From the NCBI RefSeq assembly GCF_018350175.1, contig NC_058368.1, forward strand, positions 28,212,001 through 28,276,000: a stretch of DNA of 64,000 nucleotides. The letters run 5' to 3'. Position numbers and translations under genes: made by a program. Below, one piece after another: positions 63,895-64,000 of this stretch (position 1 is its first letter; each line of letters starts with the position of its first letter). The notes below the pieces were generated by a model. It made no database searches, was not told the DNA's origin, and saw only the letters and a list, made by a program, of their open reading frames with translations. This stretch comes from Felis catus. Its lineage: Eukaryota.

Positions 63895-63981
63895 GTCTGC
63901 AATGCGTCGCACGTGGTGGCAGTGGGGGGGGGTGGCCAGCCTATCAGCAGCTGTGCTTTAATTCTCATCCCCCGAATTTGT
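63895..63981 (-). pseudogene. Dynein pseudo-exon (tail copy A)
   Basis: tctctgcttcag acceptor, GTAAGT donor; QIRGMRIKAQLLIGWPP, weakly like IEDCMKVW; phase fits next exon. Confidence 0.55.
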
Positions 63982-64000
63982 CTGAAGCAGAGACACATAA

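Larger units (their letters stand above)
143..63981 (-). pseudogene. Unprocessed (probably unitary) pseudogene of a divergent axonemal dynein heavy chain, DNAH5/DNAH8-like; likely continues beyond both window edges
   Basis: ~45 minus-strand exon remnants with polypyrimidine-AG acceptors and GT donors. Translations match DHC motifs in strict colinear order, e.g. QGDFVE~QFDFSE, DFGP..GAKPE~NGP..GLKPQ, DQICIS~EDICIS, KLPTE~QLPKE, FE*L~FEWL, MSEDFRKAF~LPENLKINF, LQDCFP~IEDLFP, PCAITA~PKAITA, EGRRRL~DGRRRL, SSPTTP~SSATTP, KLHY~KFHY. Many stops and frameshifts. Confidence 0.85.

Noticed and set aside
1..64000. CRISPR array, prokaryotic defence system or rRNA
   Set aside because: Mammalian sequence; no regularly spaced repeat-spacer array or rRNA motifs seen.

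Overview
Mammalian genomic DNA, almost certainly felid/carnivore, judged by ~25 tRNA-derived Can-SINE (SINEC) copies. About half the window is interspersed repeat (SINEC, nested L1, MIR/L2, MLT LTRs, MER20/MER5A/MER3/MER53/Tigger MITEs), and no intact protein-coding gene is visible. The main hidden feature is a fossil, intron-containing axonemal dynein heavy chain (DNAH)-like gene on the minus strand that spans essentially the whole window. I read ~45 exon remnants, most with AG/GT splice signals and often matching phases. They translate into degraded peptides that align by eye, in colinear order, to the human DNAH5 sequence as I recall it: N-terminal tail (DHC_N1), linker (DHC_N2), AAA1-AAA4, stalk/MTBD and the start of AAA5, running off the left edge. 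The exons carry stops, frameshifts, dead splice sites and TE insertions, including ancient MER20/MER5A. The 5' part appears to hold three tandem copies of the DHC N-terminal tail segment. All alignments are manual, low-identity and against a remembered reference, so they need HMM/BLAST confirmation.
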